In this document: piece by piece, positions 1 through 11,700 of the stretch
Numbering within the stretch: the first letter of the stretch is position 1
Layout of the letters: the number at the start of each line of letters is the position of its first letter
NCBI GenBank assembly: GCA_001938485.1
Contig: MQRK01221729.1
Span: 1-50,260 of the forward strand
Direction of reading: 5' to 3'
DNA length: 50,260 nucleotides
Source: Girardia tigrina
Lineage: Eukaryota
The notes under the pieces: model-generated
Seen by the model: only the letters and a program-made list of their open reading frames with translations
What the model was told of the DNA's origin: nothing
Databases searched by the model: none
Translations under genes and position numbers: made by a program

Positions 1-160
1 ACTATGTAATCATATCAACCATTCAAAACATGGCTGTATCCAAGGAGATATCGTCATGCATCTATCATTTTAATTTATTGCGGTCGTCATGTCAACGTAT
101 TATGTTATATATTATATTACATATACACCTTAGAAACCATCAATTTTATCTTAAAAACTA

Positions 161-290
161 TGAAAAACACCTTAAAATCATGAAAAACACCTTAAAATCA
201 TGAAAAACACCTTAAAATCATGAAAGACACCTTAAAATCATGAAAAACACCTTAAAATCATGAAAAATACCTTAAAAATCATCGAAAACA
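161..290. repeat. Tandem minisatellite, 20-bp unit TGAAAAACACCTTAAAATCA, about 6 copies
   Basis: Directly visible near-perfect repeats. Confidence 0.95.
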
Positions 291-509
291 TGTAAAAACC
301 GACAAAATTACACAAAAATGTGCAAAAAAAATCAATTCTGTATATTTCAGGCTATCTAGGATACATATGTGCTTATCAATAAGTTCACAATTGTACAAAG
401 TGTAATGTATTCATGTTTTAATATAATATAGTGTAAAGTGAAGCAAAACATACATATAGTNNNNNNNNNNNNNNNNNNNNNNNNNNNNNNNNNNNNNNNN
501 NNNNNNNNN

Positions 510-616
510 ATATAGTGAGGTAGAACATACTAATAGTCTAAAGTGAGACATAACATATAGTGAGGCAGAACATACTAATAGTCTAAAGTGAGGCAGAACA
601 TATAGTGAGGCAGAAC
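510..616. repeat. Degenerate tandem repeat (ATATAGTGAGGCAGAACATACTAATAGTCTAAAGTGAG-like units) next to an N gap
   Basis: Directly visible repeated units. Confidence 0.85.
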
Positions 617-1187
617 TCCCATATGCTTTTATATAGCGAAGCAGGCAAAATATTTCAGAAATAATAAATATAAATAATAATTTATAATAATTTGTATTTT
701 ATACTGTTTTATGTAATATGCTTGAATTTTTCTCATGATGTAAACATTTGTATTATAAAAATCAAAACCTTAAAAATTTAAAGTCACAAAATAATTTATT
801 GTGAATCACGAAATATGAACTGACTTTTTTTAATTTGTCTGTGTTTTCATAAACTTTAAATAAGTGAATCACTTCCCGTATAAATAATGATTAAAATGCT
901 GACAGAAGTAATACATTGCCAACAGCTCTTTCCTAGTAATGCAGTATCCCACAAAATTTATTCATTAACCGTTTCAAGACAACTTTTTCTTAACAAACAT
1001 CAGAAAGAGAAATAGTAAGTTATTGAACGAAGGAGCAATTTGTTGATAACATATGCGACTAGAGATTTCTAGTGGACAGCAGCATGATAATATCGTGATT
1101 AAAATAGTAAAAGACTGAATTGGCTGAATAAATCCATTGGTAAACGCATTGGAAAAGTTCAGTCTTGTGTTTAAATCTTTTGTGATT

Positions 1188-3048
1188 TATTAACAACATC
1201 AATATGAGTTTTACAACATTTAATAGTATCACATGCGCATTCACTATTTGACATTTTTCTTGATCAATATATTTCTGAATTCATACTAATTATTTTCAAT
1301 AAATGAAAATCTTTTAATAAAAATTATTAATTATAATCTAATTGGTAAAAATTAAATCTAAACATTTTATAAAAAAGTACATATTAAATTAATATATTAA
1401 AATTTTAAATTACATTAAAAAATAAATAATAAATTCAAAAATTATTTTAAATCTTTTTACTTTAAAATTAAATTAATTTATTTTTAATTAGTAGGAATCA
1501 AAGAAAATACCAATCATCCATCTGTGTAGGAGAGGCACAATCCGAATCAACACACATCATGCACAATATCAATACACAATTCAAAACATTCCTCACATCC
1601 TTCTCGGTTTAAATGGCATTAGCCATTCAACATTTCTAATCACAATTCTACCATCTACAAGCTGTAGCTCGTAACTCCTTTCGTGATTTCGTTTCAACAC
1701 AATTGCCGGAACCATGTAACGGTCATCTTATTTTGATACATTTTCTTTTTTTATCAACACTCTGTCTCCAATTTCAAAAACTCTTCTTGCATCTACATTT
1801 TGTTCGACATTAACTTGTTTTCCGTTAGTTTCTTTATTGTTCTTCCACCAATGTCTTAATCGTCTCCCAAATATTATTTCAGCCGGTGAAACACCTGTCG
1901 TAGCTTGAACTGTACTATTCAACATAAATTCTATTTCCGATAAAACTTCTGTTCAATCTCTGTGGTCTCCGTCCTTCATTCTAATATTTATAGCATATCT
2001 GATTGTTCGAAATTGTCTTTCTACTTTCCCATTTGTATTATGATGTTATGGACTTGAATAGATTATCACAACTTTGAACCTTTTAACTGTATCTTTGAGC
2101 AAAGCCGATTAAAATGTTTTCCTCTATCAACATGGATTTCTTTTGGAGGTTCGAATTTCCATATCCATCTGTCCAATATCACTCTACGAACTGTTTTTTC
2201 ATCTTGACTAGCAACTGTATTCAGGCTAATATATCTACTGAATTTGTCTACTATTGCAAGTACCTTTTATGTTTCTTTTGAATGGTTCACAGAAGCCCAT
2301 GTATATTTTCTGGAAAGGTTCCTCTGTCGACAACTTTATATGCTTTTCTTTCGTTTTCGCTGTTAATGTCTTTCTTTTTTGACAATTTAAACAACTCTGA
2401 ACTATTTTCATTTTCAGTTTTTCTTTATACGTATTTCCATCTGCTTCTGAAAATTTTGTGATTGTTGATGGAGTCATCAAAGAAGATCGTCACCATCACT
2501 AATCTTCTATCTTCTGTTATACCAATAATATCTGTGTAACGTTCGAAATTTTTTATGAAGTCATCTAATTTCGACTCGGATCCATCGAATTTTTCATGTC
2601 CCATAATGTATGTTGTCACATGAGCTGTGGTCACCATATTAACAACATCAATATGAGTTTTACAACAATTATTAATATCACAAGCGCATTCACTATTTGA
2701 CATTTTTCTTGATCAATATATTTCTGAATTCATACTAATTATTTTCAATAAATGAAAATCTTTTAATAAAAATTATTAATTATAAAGAATCTAATTGGTT
2801 AAAATTAAATCTAAAGATTTTTAAAAAAGTACGTATAAAATTAATATATTAAAATTTTAAATTTCATTAAAATAAAATAATACATTCAAAAATTATTTTA
2901 AATCTTTTTACATTAAAATTAAATTAATTTATTTTTAATTAGTAGGAATCAAAGAAAATACCAATCCTCCATCTGTGTAGGAGAGGTACAATCCGAATCA
3001 ACACACAACATGCACAATATCAACATACAATTTAAAACATTCCTCACA
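1188..3048 (-). mobile_element. Ty3/Gypsy LTR retrotransposon, internally deleted (gag start fused to integrase remnant)
   Basis: Direct repeats at 1188-1597 and 2637-3048 (TG...TA on the minus strand). PBS TGGTGACC follows the 5' LTR, and a PPT lies at 1598-1610. Gag motif EKFDGSESKLDDFIKNFERY; integrase motifs CLNCQ and TTGVSPAEIIFGR. Near-TSD TGATT/GGATT. Confidence 0.9.
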
Positions 3049-3216
3049 GGATTAAAGAGTTCATGTAGGCTGAAAGGGTTAAAAAAACTTTAAATCTTTA
3101 CTGTTTTAATAATTTATTTATTAAAAGCATTTTTAAAATTTATTGAATCGAACAAAAGATAAGTTATACTTCAATAACCTCCATTAATCTTGCTTGATAT
3201 TTTATTCAATCTGTAG

Positions 3217-3244
3217 ATACCTTTGCTAGAGCTCCCAAACGATG
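3217..3244 (+). CDS. Tentative small exon of the VWA5A-like gene (IPLLELPND-G)
   Basis: AG/GT flanks and phase compatible with the exon at 3380; no motif support. Confidence 0.3.
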
Positions 3245-3379
3245 GTAGCCTATTAAAAACACACAAGAAGAAAGGAATTTTAATATTATAATTTTGATTA
3301 ATCTTGATAATGTAATAGTGATAAATAAATAAACTACATTAATATTTTTATTATTTTTATCATTATATTTTTTATTTAG

Positions 3380-3534
3380 GATACAAAAGTGATCTAGAGG
3401 TTTATCAAGTGACAAACAAGTATGAGTATCGTTTCAAGGCGACCTTTACTGGAACAAAAGTTATCAAAGATATTTCGTCAGTCAATCATAAATTAGAAAT
3501 AAATTATACCAATGATAATAAAACACACGCAGAA
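3380..3534 (+). CDS. VWA5A-like gene exon (linker after the VIT domain: GYKSDLEVYQ...ISSVNHKLEINY...HAE)
   Basis: tttag| acceptor, |gtaata donor, phase 0 join to the 15578 exon; resembles the VIT-VWA linker. Confidence 0.7.
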
Positions 3535-3739
3535 GTAATAAATCTTTTAATTTTATTTTGCATTAAATTTAAAAATGTTTATGTAGAATCTGATTATATT
3601 GTATAGGGGCATCAAAATAAAACGGCGTTTATTCTTATATCGTAAAATATTTTTACTTGTTTGTCCACGTTGAAATTTAAACTTCAATGACATCAGAAAT
3701 ATAATATATTTGATTACAAAACGCCACCAAAAGAAAATA

Positions 3740-4918
3740 TAATTTAGATTGATTGTTGACGCATGATTTGAATTTTTTTGTGCTGGGTCCATGATTTTCT
3801 CTATTCTTTCAGATTGTTCAGTAGTAACTCTTCGTGCGGCATCGATGAAATTGTGATAAGTGACAGCTACATGAATATTTCTCGATTGAAATACGTCTTT
3901 ATTTCTTTGACAAAATCGAGAAGCGCCAATTGTTCCTCACTGCTCAATGATGCTTATTTTGTATTGCACACAAACACCAGATGTTTTAGTTCTTCAATAG
4001 AGGCTATTTTTTGATCGAGGTTGAAAATTGCTGCAAATTTACGAGTTTGGACATAGTTACCAAATGAGATTATCTCTTGTAATTTGGGCTTGGGATCGAG
4101 GCGGCTGATAGATCTCAGTTCAGGTTGATCGCACGGACATGAAATAATCAGTATTAGATCACCAGCACAACAATTTTGAAATACTACTGAATTTTTCAAG
4201 ATGGAGAAGCTTTCAATTTTGTTTAATTTGGGGAATGAGATTAAATCAAGTCGCGGGGAGACCCTTGAATCCATTGATTCTATTAAGAAAACAATAGTAT
4301 CATTACATGTGGAATCAGCCGCTCCAGATTCACAATTCTCCATGTAGAAACACTGTTCATCATCGGCCGTCAATTTAACATACAGACAACCCGTTAAATA
4401 ATTGAAAATCCATAACTGATTCTCACAATCAATGATGAACAAATTCACATGGTCCGATGAGAAAAACACACGAGGTTTATGGCCATTTTTATCAATATTA
4501 ATTAGTAGATCTGCCAGAATAATCTCATAACAGTTACTAATTACAGAACCGTTCTCTTGGCTTCCATGACTGAGAGCGAGTGCGAAAACAGAAGAGCAAC
4601 GAGTAATTGATTCGATTCCGAACTAAGTGACGAATATGAAACCGAAATCAGATCAGAACGGTCATCAGAAACACACTATAAAATATTATCGTTTACGTAT
4701 ATTTTCATAATTCGATCGTTATTATCGATCGAACAAATCAATTTCGATTCGCAATTGTATCCGCAACAACTGAAACCACGAGAAATTTTAAAATCACCGA
4801 TACTTGGCGCATGAGCGAAAGGAAATCGAGCGATAAATGCTGCTTCAAATGTACTATTGATTTCTTTACTCGGCTCAACGACATTCAAATATTCGATGGT
4901 ATCACAAAAATTGGCCAT
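3740..4918 (-). pseudogene. Intronless, disrupted N-terminal fragment of a kinetochore-associated protein 1 (Rod)-like gene
   Basis: ELRSISRLDPKPKLQEIISFGNYVQTRKFAAIFNLD resembles the KNTC1/Rod segment LRCLTEALPENRLSRLLHKHRFAEAESFAIQFGLD as I recall it; LFIIDCENQLWIF also fits. In-frame stops at 4676 and 3954 plus a frameshift. Confidence 0.5.
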
Positions 4919-5344
4919 TTTTTTATAATTAATTAAACTTTTATTGAATTTCTGACAGTAAAATCGAACAAATATCAAGCAAATTCAAACTCTCAACCGA
5001 TATCACGAAATCAAAAGAAAACCGAAAACCGCAATGTTTATTCTGATTATTTAAACAAAAACTAATACAAATTCAATAAGTGCAGCAAATTCAATATCAA
5101 TCGTCGATTGTTCAGCATATTATAGTCATATGCTTGGCTTCTTAACAAGTTGTTTAGATAAAGAAGAAAAATGATTTTATTTAATTACAAAATAATGACA
5201 TACTTTTATTTTTGGATAACATTGATTATTTTTATGGTGCATAATTTCTTCTAATTTATATAAAACACCAATTTGAAATGAAATCTAAGCATGAAAATTT
5301 TTTATTAGTTTTATTCCTTGAGACCAGGATTCTTATTTTCAATT

Positions 5345-7818
5345 GTTTATTTTCAAAACACTGTTTAATTGATAATATTCAAACAAAATATTTATCAAAA
5401 AAGCATATATTAAATATTTCAAATAATTAACATATCTAATATCCAACACTCCGACCAGATTCGTCCTCAGAAGAATCTGAATCCACGATGTAATCATTTA
5501 GATAAGACGGTCTTCTTCTTTCTCTACTAGGCCTACTGTTCAATGATTGTTCCTCTTGTGTTTGATTGTCTGGTAGTGATGTAGTTTCCTCCATATTCAT
5601 ATAGTATGACTTGGAATTTTCAACCAAGTCAGGCTGTCTAGGTCGAATGTCTGCGATATGTCTTGGACCGCAAAATCCATTGCAATTTACTAGATATTTC
5701 CTTTGATCTATTCTTTTCACGACAACTCCCTTGACCCATTGCTGTGTACATGGTGTATTGTTTTCCGGTGTTATCCACACTAATTGATTCTCAACATAAT
5801 CTGGATTTCCACAAAATGGTTCCTTTTCACTAATTCCAATTATGTCTAACCCTATGGGCAAATAGCTATACAGCGCCGAGCTTGGTGTTTCTTTTCCTTC
5901 AGATGGCGTGTTATTATACCACCATAAGGCTTCCAATATGCTGATATTTGATCTGGACGCAATTATTTTGATTGTTCTATGATTCCTTTCTATTATTCCG
6001 TTGCAGTTAGGTCGATTGATGGTACGATACATGACTCGAACGTTTCACTTTTCCATTAGCTTGTTGAATTCTACCGAATGAAATGTGGTATAATTATCGA
6101 TAATTAGTTCCTTGGGAGACCCAAGTTCACAAAACAAACTTGAAAATTCTGAGACAATTGACTTGACGTCTTCAGCCTTAATTAATTTCCATATCGCAAA
6201 GTGAGGAGGACGACAATCGATTACACTTAAAAATTTTTGTTGATTGTACTTTGTAACATCCGCACCAAGTCTTGTCCAGTTTTCGTTGACGCTCAGCCTA
6301 CCGGTTTTCCATTTTACGGGTGCCGGATCGATGGATTGACATTTTCGACATCTTGAAATCAGATCCTTGATATCCGCGTTTGGCACACCTATTCCTTGCT
6401 TCGCACATAGATATCGCATTCTGTTTGCGCCTAAATGACACTTATCATGAAGTTGTTGCAGCTTGAGTAGATCGTCCGTAACCGTTGGATATTAGATATT
6501 TTAATTATTTGAAATATTTAATATATGCTTTTTTGATACTAACAAGAGGCGCATCCGATGCAGTACAACTCAAGCTACTATCTATCCCTTTAATTTCTTC
6601 TTCACCGAACTCAATAACACCCTTATTAATTCTCACACCGCCCAATTTATCTATGACATCCATACCTATTAGGATCCCTAAACCATATGGCAAATGTTCC
6701 ATGACCGAACATTCCACCCTAATGATCCTGCGATTTATATTCAGCCGCACTTCACCCGAACCCACTCTAACACCCTTTCCATTCGCAAAAACTATACTTT
6801 CTCCGTCAAAAAACAACATACAATCACTAACTAACCCTTTTAAAACAACCGTTTTTGAACAACCCGAATCAAGCTGACCTGTCATTTGCGGTGACGATCA
6901 TCGTCGGCAACACCTGCAACTGTGAAGGGAGAGAGCCGGCGCCTACAAACTCCCATGTTTGTTTCCAGACCGACAGTATTTTGCGATATGATCCGGTTTC
7001 TGACATTTGTAGCAAATTGATTGTCTGTTTGATTGCCACTGAGAACCCTTATGATTATAACTTTCCTTCGATTTGGTGTCTCTCTCACGATAAACATATA
7101 GTCCTTTCTGAAGATTTGCTCTGGGTTTATCGAGTTCTCCCTGACCTCCGGAACTCCCTGTTTCTTTGTTGTTTCCGTGTTGTATTGCCGCCATTGAACC
7201 CTGTAATAAACACCTTTTAATCCCCAAATACCTGCGGCTATACTCGATCATTTCGGCCAGCGGTTGGTCACCGGTCACTGCGTTCCAAATCCACCTGTAA
7301 CTTGAAAGGCAGTCCAGCCACGAAGGCAGCTTTTGTTAGATCGTCGACCTTTGTTGCTAACATCTTCACCTGAGACGCATATTCATCGATACTCTCGCCC
7401 TCGTGATACTGTAAACTTATCAATTTACGGTACACAGAACCTCTAGTCAGGTCGAACGAATTGTTTAATATCTTGAAGAACCGATCGCAGCTGCTTTGCG
7501 TCTTCTCGTCCGATTCCATGTAGATGTTCAGTGCAACCCCCGATAGTAAAAAAGGGAGATACGGGGCTGCATCAGTAATCTTCTGGTTTTTCATGACAAT
7601 TTCAAATTTCTTCTGCCAAATCTCGAAGCTGTTGCTTCCATCGAATTTTTTCAAAAACTCCAAAACGATTTTCATATCATTCATTATGCCCGGATAGCTT
7701 GTAACACACGAAAAGTTTATTTTCAAAACACTGTTTAATTGATAATATTCAAACAAAATATTTATCAAAAAAGCATATATTAAATATTTCAAATAATTAA
7801 AATATCTAATATCCAACA
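5345..7818 (-). mobile_element. Gypsy-type LTR retrotransposon with short (119-bp) LTRs; gag, protease and integrase present, RT/RNase H deleted
   Basis: LTRs at 7700-7818 (TG...CA) and 5345-5448 (distal end truncated). CCHC knuckle CYKCQKPDHIAKYC, protease LDSGCS, integrase HLG...CRKCQ and NGIIERNHRTIK. Confidence 0.9.
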
Positions 7819-8099
7819 GTCCTACCTTTGAAACATTCATATTATTCAGTAGAATAATAAAATTTGATTTCCTTTAAAAACATTGTCAATATAATTTGGC
7901 TAACAAAAGTTAAAAATCTTTATATTTCTGTTACATGTTAAATTTATTTATTAAATGAAATATTTAACATGAAAAATTATGGATAATTATTTGTTTAAAT
8001 AATATCTATTTAAAAGTATTTTTTGTTGAAAAATAAATTTTTGTCGATTTGTTATTCATTGTTACAATTTTATTAAAAAGTCAACATAAAAAATTTAAA

Positions 8100-8225
8100 A
8101 TGTTTTAAAACTATTTTACAAATTGTCAAAATCAATTGAAAAATTGTTAAAACTATCTGATAAATTGTCAAAATCATTTGAAAAATTGTCAAAACCATAT
8201 GAAAAAATGTCAAAACTGAATGAAA
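8100..8225. repeat. Degenerate ~20-21-bp tandem repeat (AAATTGTCAAAATCAATTGA-like)
   Basis: Directly visible. Confidence 0.75.
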
Positions 8226-8700
8226 ACCCTATATATATATTACTTATCAATCTGGAACATTGATATTAGATTAATTCATTCGGCGACAAAAACCTAACTA
8301 CTGCTACTGAAAGTCTCATCAATATACTTCAAGAGAATATGAAAACAGTTCCTCATTCCGCCATTTAAAATTTGGTTCTCTTAAAGTCCATATATTTCAA
8401 ATTTGTATGAAATTAAACGGCAGTCAATAAGTTCTTTAGTTATAAACTAGTAAATCAAAAAAAATTATATCCATTCTTTATGCAGACAGAACTCTATTTG
8501 GCAGAGAATTTTTTATTATCTTTTGTAGAAGGGAAAATTACTATTACATTTATTAATATTTATTTATTTATTAATACTTTTTTATCTTTACTTTTTGCAT
8601 AATATAAACTACTTATAATTTATAAGTAGACCTTTTTCAATTAATATTGTCCAGGAACTCCGATGGGACCGTTTTTTTCCAATTCTGATACCCGAAGAAG

Positions 8701-11700
8701 TTTTTTTGATCAAATATTCATATAATCATTTATTGTCATAAAAAAGTTTGGAAAAATTGTGACAAAATTTCAAGTTGAAATATGTAAAGATATCCTGGGA
8801 TATACATTAGATGCTCAAAGCTATGGTCGCTGTATAGAGCATCTTTGACTTGTGTTATTGTTATTGTTATCAACCGGCTACTGGTGCATATGGCGTGACT
8901 GTGTCGGTAAGATTTGTCGTCACCGCATTTGACATTAGTGGGTTATATTGACCGTATTGTGTTTATGCCATGTCGAGTTGGAATATTTGATATTCGACAC
9001 TATGCACATTTTGGTTAAATTTTTTATAGTTGTACCTGAAAGATGTAATTTGTTTTTAAGCAGGTTGTCATTATCGGTGGGCCAAGATCCTAAACAGCCG
9101 ACAACAATTGCTCCTAATATTACAGTCCATCCTTTATGAACCGCCTTTGCTTCAGTTATCAGGCTTTTATATTTCGTTTTGTTGTTATCTCTGGCATCTT
9201 TAAGTGCTTTGACAGTGTCACAAGGGGTTTTTATATCTATAAGCCAGAGTTCTTTGGTTCCATGGTTATAAACTTGTAAATCTACCCGGCTTCCCGACAC
9301 AGACCAATCACACTCTCGATTCATGATCATTTTTAAAATTGGTTTCTCTGCAAGTAAAGCATCTGTGACTATTTCTGCGATTGCATTATGTCTCGCCTGT
9401 ATCAGAGTGCTATTGGGTTTACACCAACATAGAACATGGATCTGTGTTTCTATATCTTGACCACATGCCCTACACATCGATTGTTGTCTTGGTTTTTTCG
9501 GCTTATAATTTGTTGGTAAACTATTTGTCCTTGCGCTGTGTAAAAAGCGCCATTCCTCGATGGATAGTGACTCATTGTATAATACTTTGGAGCTGAAGTT
9601 GGGTTCTGCCAATGAGATGGCTGACATTCCAGCCATCCTTTGTTTGCTCCATTTGTCAAATTTCATTTTGTTATAGATTCTGTGCAAGTGGAAAGTTATA
9701 CTGTCTATTGAGTGTTCATTTAGTATCATGGAATCATTGGATATGTGAACTTTTAAACAAATACCTAGCTCGTTAGTGACAAACTGAATTTGTAACCCAA
9801 TGCCTTTCAGGTATTTGATTGAATTCCGAATCTTGGTCCACCAAGATTTAAATCCATTCTCTTTGTCACCTGTGTTGATCCAGTTTAGGCAATCAGAGAG
9901 TGTCCATTCTTCTTTAGTACCGTAATATCTGTCTAGGGTGTTGAATAAATTGATAAAGGTGAGATGACGCGATGTTTCGTCTGAGCACACCATGTTCCTG
10001 TACGCTTGAATTATAGATTGTATTGCGTATTCATCTCTGGCAGAGACTAAACTTAAACCACCTTTTTTCTTGTTAGCATAAATGTAATCATTGGATGAAT
10101 TTGGGACCGTTCCACAAATCTTCTTCAAGTAACGACGAATTTCCACGTCAAGGCCCCTTTAAAAGATAGACTTCGTGGTTTCGTGGTGGCCATAATCCGT
10201 AAGTTCCCTGTTTGGTATATTATAGTTTCGAAAATAGAAGGTGAATCGTGAGTGTATAAAGATTCTATACGCTTCTATTTTCTGNNNNNNNNNNNNNNNN
10301 NNNNNNNNNNNNNNNNNNNNNNNNNNNNNNNNNNNNNNNNNNNNNNCGTTCAGGAGTGAATTTTGTCTTTCTGGTAAAGTCTACTCCGAGATAACGGTAA
10401 CCTTCTTCATCCGTTACTATAGGTATTGGTATGTTATTAATATGGATTGATTCATTCATAAGAGGGGTTGATAAATATCCACATTTGGCTGGGTTAAACT
10501 TCATAGAAGTCCATTCAACCATGTCACATGCAGATGAAACCATGGCTTGTACACAAGAGTTGCTGGTTGCAACTAGTGCAATATCATCTGCATATGCCAG
10601 ACAAGTAATTTTACCAGCCTCGGTGTCGATACCAAAAGCATCATTATCTTGTAATGCAGCCAAAATCGGATCAATTCCAACGCTGAACAGCAGCATTGAA
10701 AGAGGACATCCTTGTCTAACCCCCCTCCTTATGGATATGTCTTCAGTCGTACAATCATTGCAGGTAGATGTTGATGAACAATCCGAGTACAGATTTGCAA
10801 TGAGAGAGCAGGAGAATGAATCTAGACCTTTTCTTCTGAGAACTTCTAATATATGATTAATTGGAATGCTGCCAAATGCATCAGTTAGATCGAGGAATGC
10901 AATATGAAGATGTTCATATTCCTCCAGTAAAATTCTCATGATGTTATTGTGTTCAGCGCACCCGTCCGATGGTCCGACGCCTTTTTGGAACTTTGAAATT
11001 AAATTGTTCTTTACCAGCCATTGTTCCAGTTGAGTACATAGGTAAGATGTGAACAACTTGGCAATGCATTCCATCAGGGCTATTGGTCTCCATGATCCTA
11101 TATCTTTGTAATTTCCTGACTTACCTGGTTTAGGGATCATTACCGTTAGGAATTTCTTCCAACTGGGTGGAATAACTCCTGTATCAATGATTTTATTAAA
11201 TAATGTGGCCAGAAATTGACAACCCGGGTCGCAATAGTCAATATCTGCATAGCCAATGTTTGATATACCGGGACTAGTATTTTGGTGTTCTTGAGTATGT
11301 TGGCAATCTCTTCTGGAGTGACATGCTAAAATTGAAATTTTGGGCCAGGTTTGATGTTTGGCGCATTGCTCCAGTCTGTTTCAGGTGGATAGTCGCTTTT
11401 TGATTTGGCGTAATTTGTAAGAGATTCCAAAGATAGCTCTCCATCAACAGTAGTGTCACTTANNNNNNNNNNNNNNNNNNNNNNNNNNNNNNNNNNNNNN
11501 NNNNNNNNNNNNNNNNNNNNNNNNNNNNNNNNNNNNNNNNNNNNNNNNNNNNNNNNNNNNNNNNNNNNNNNNNNNNNNNNNNNNNNNNNNNNNNNNNNNN
11601 NNNNNNNNNNNNNNNNNNNNNNNNNNNNNNNNNNNNNNNNNNNNNNNCACTATTATCTCTGAAATTTTTTTGTAACGCAATTCTCTGTTATTCTTTTCTT

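Noticed and set aside
161-616. CRISPR-like arrays
   Set aside because: The repeats have no unique spacers, there are no cas genes, and the context is eukaryotic.
860-3082. piggyBac element hosting the first LTR element (…AAAGGG-TTAA at 3073-3082)
   Set aside because: Only one candidate terminus and no convincing transposase motif.
8640-8700. SL RNA or U2 snRNA target at the NeSL 3' junction
   Set aside because: No U2 or Sm-site/SL sequence is recognisable.
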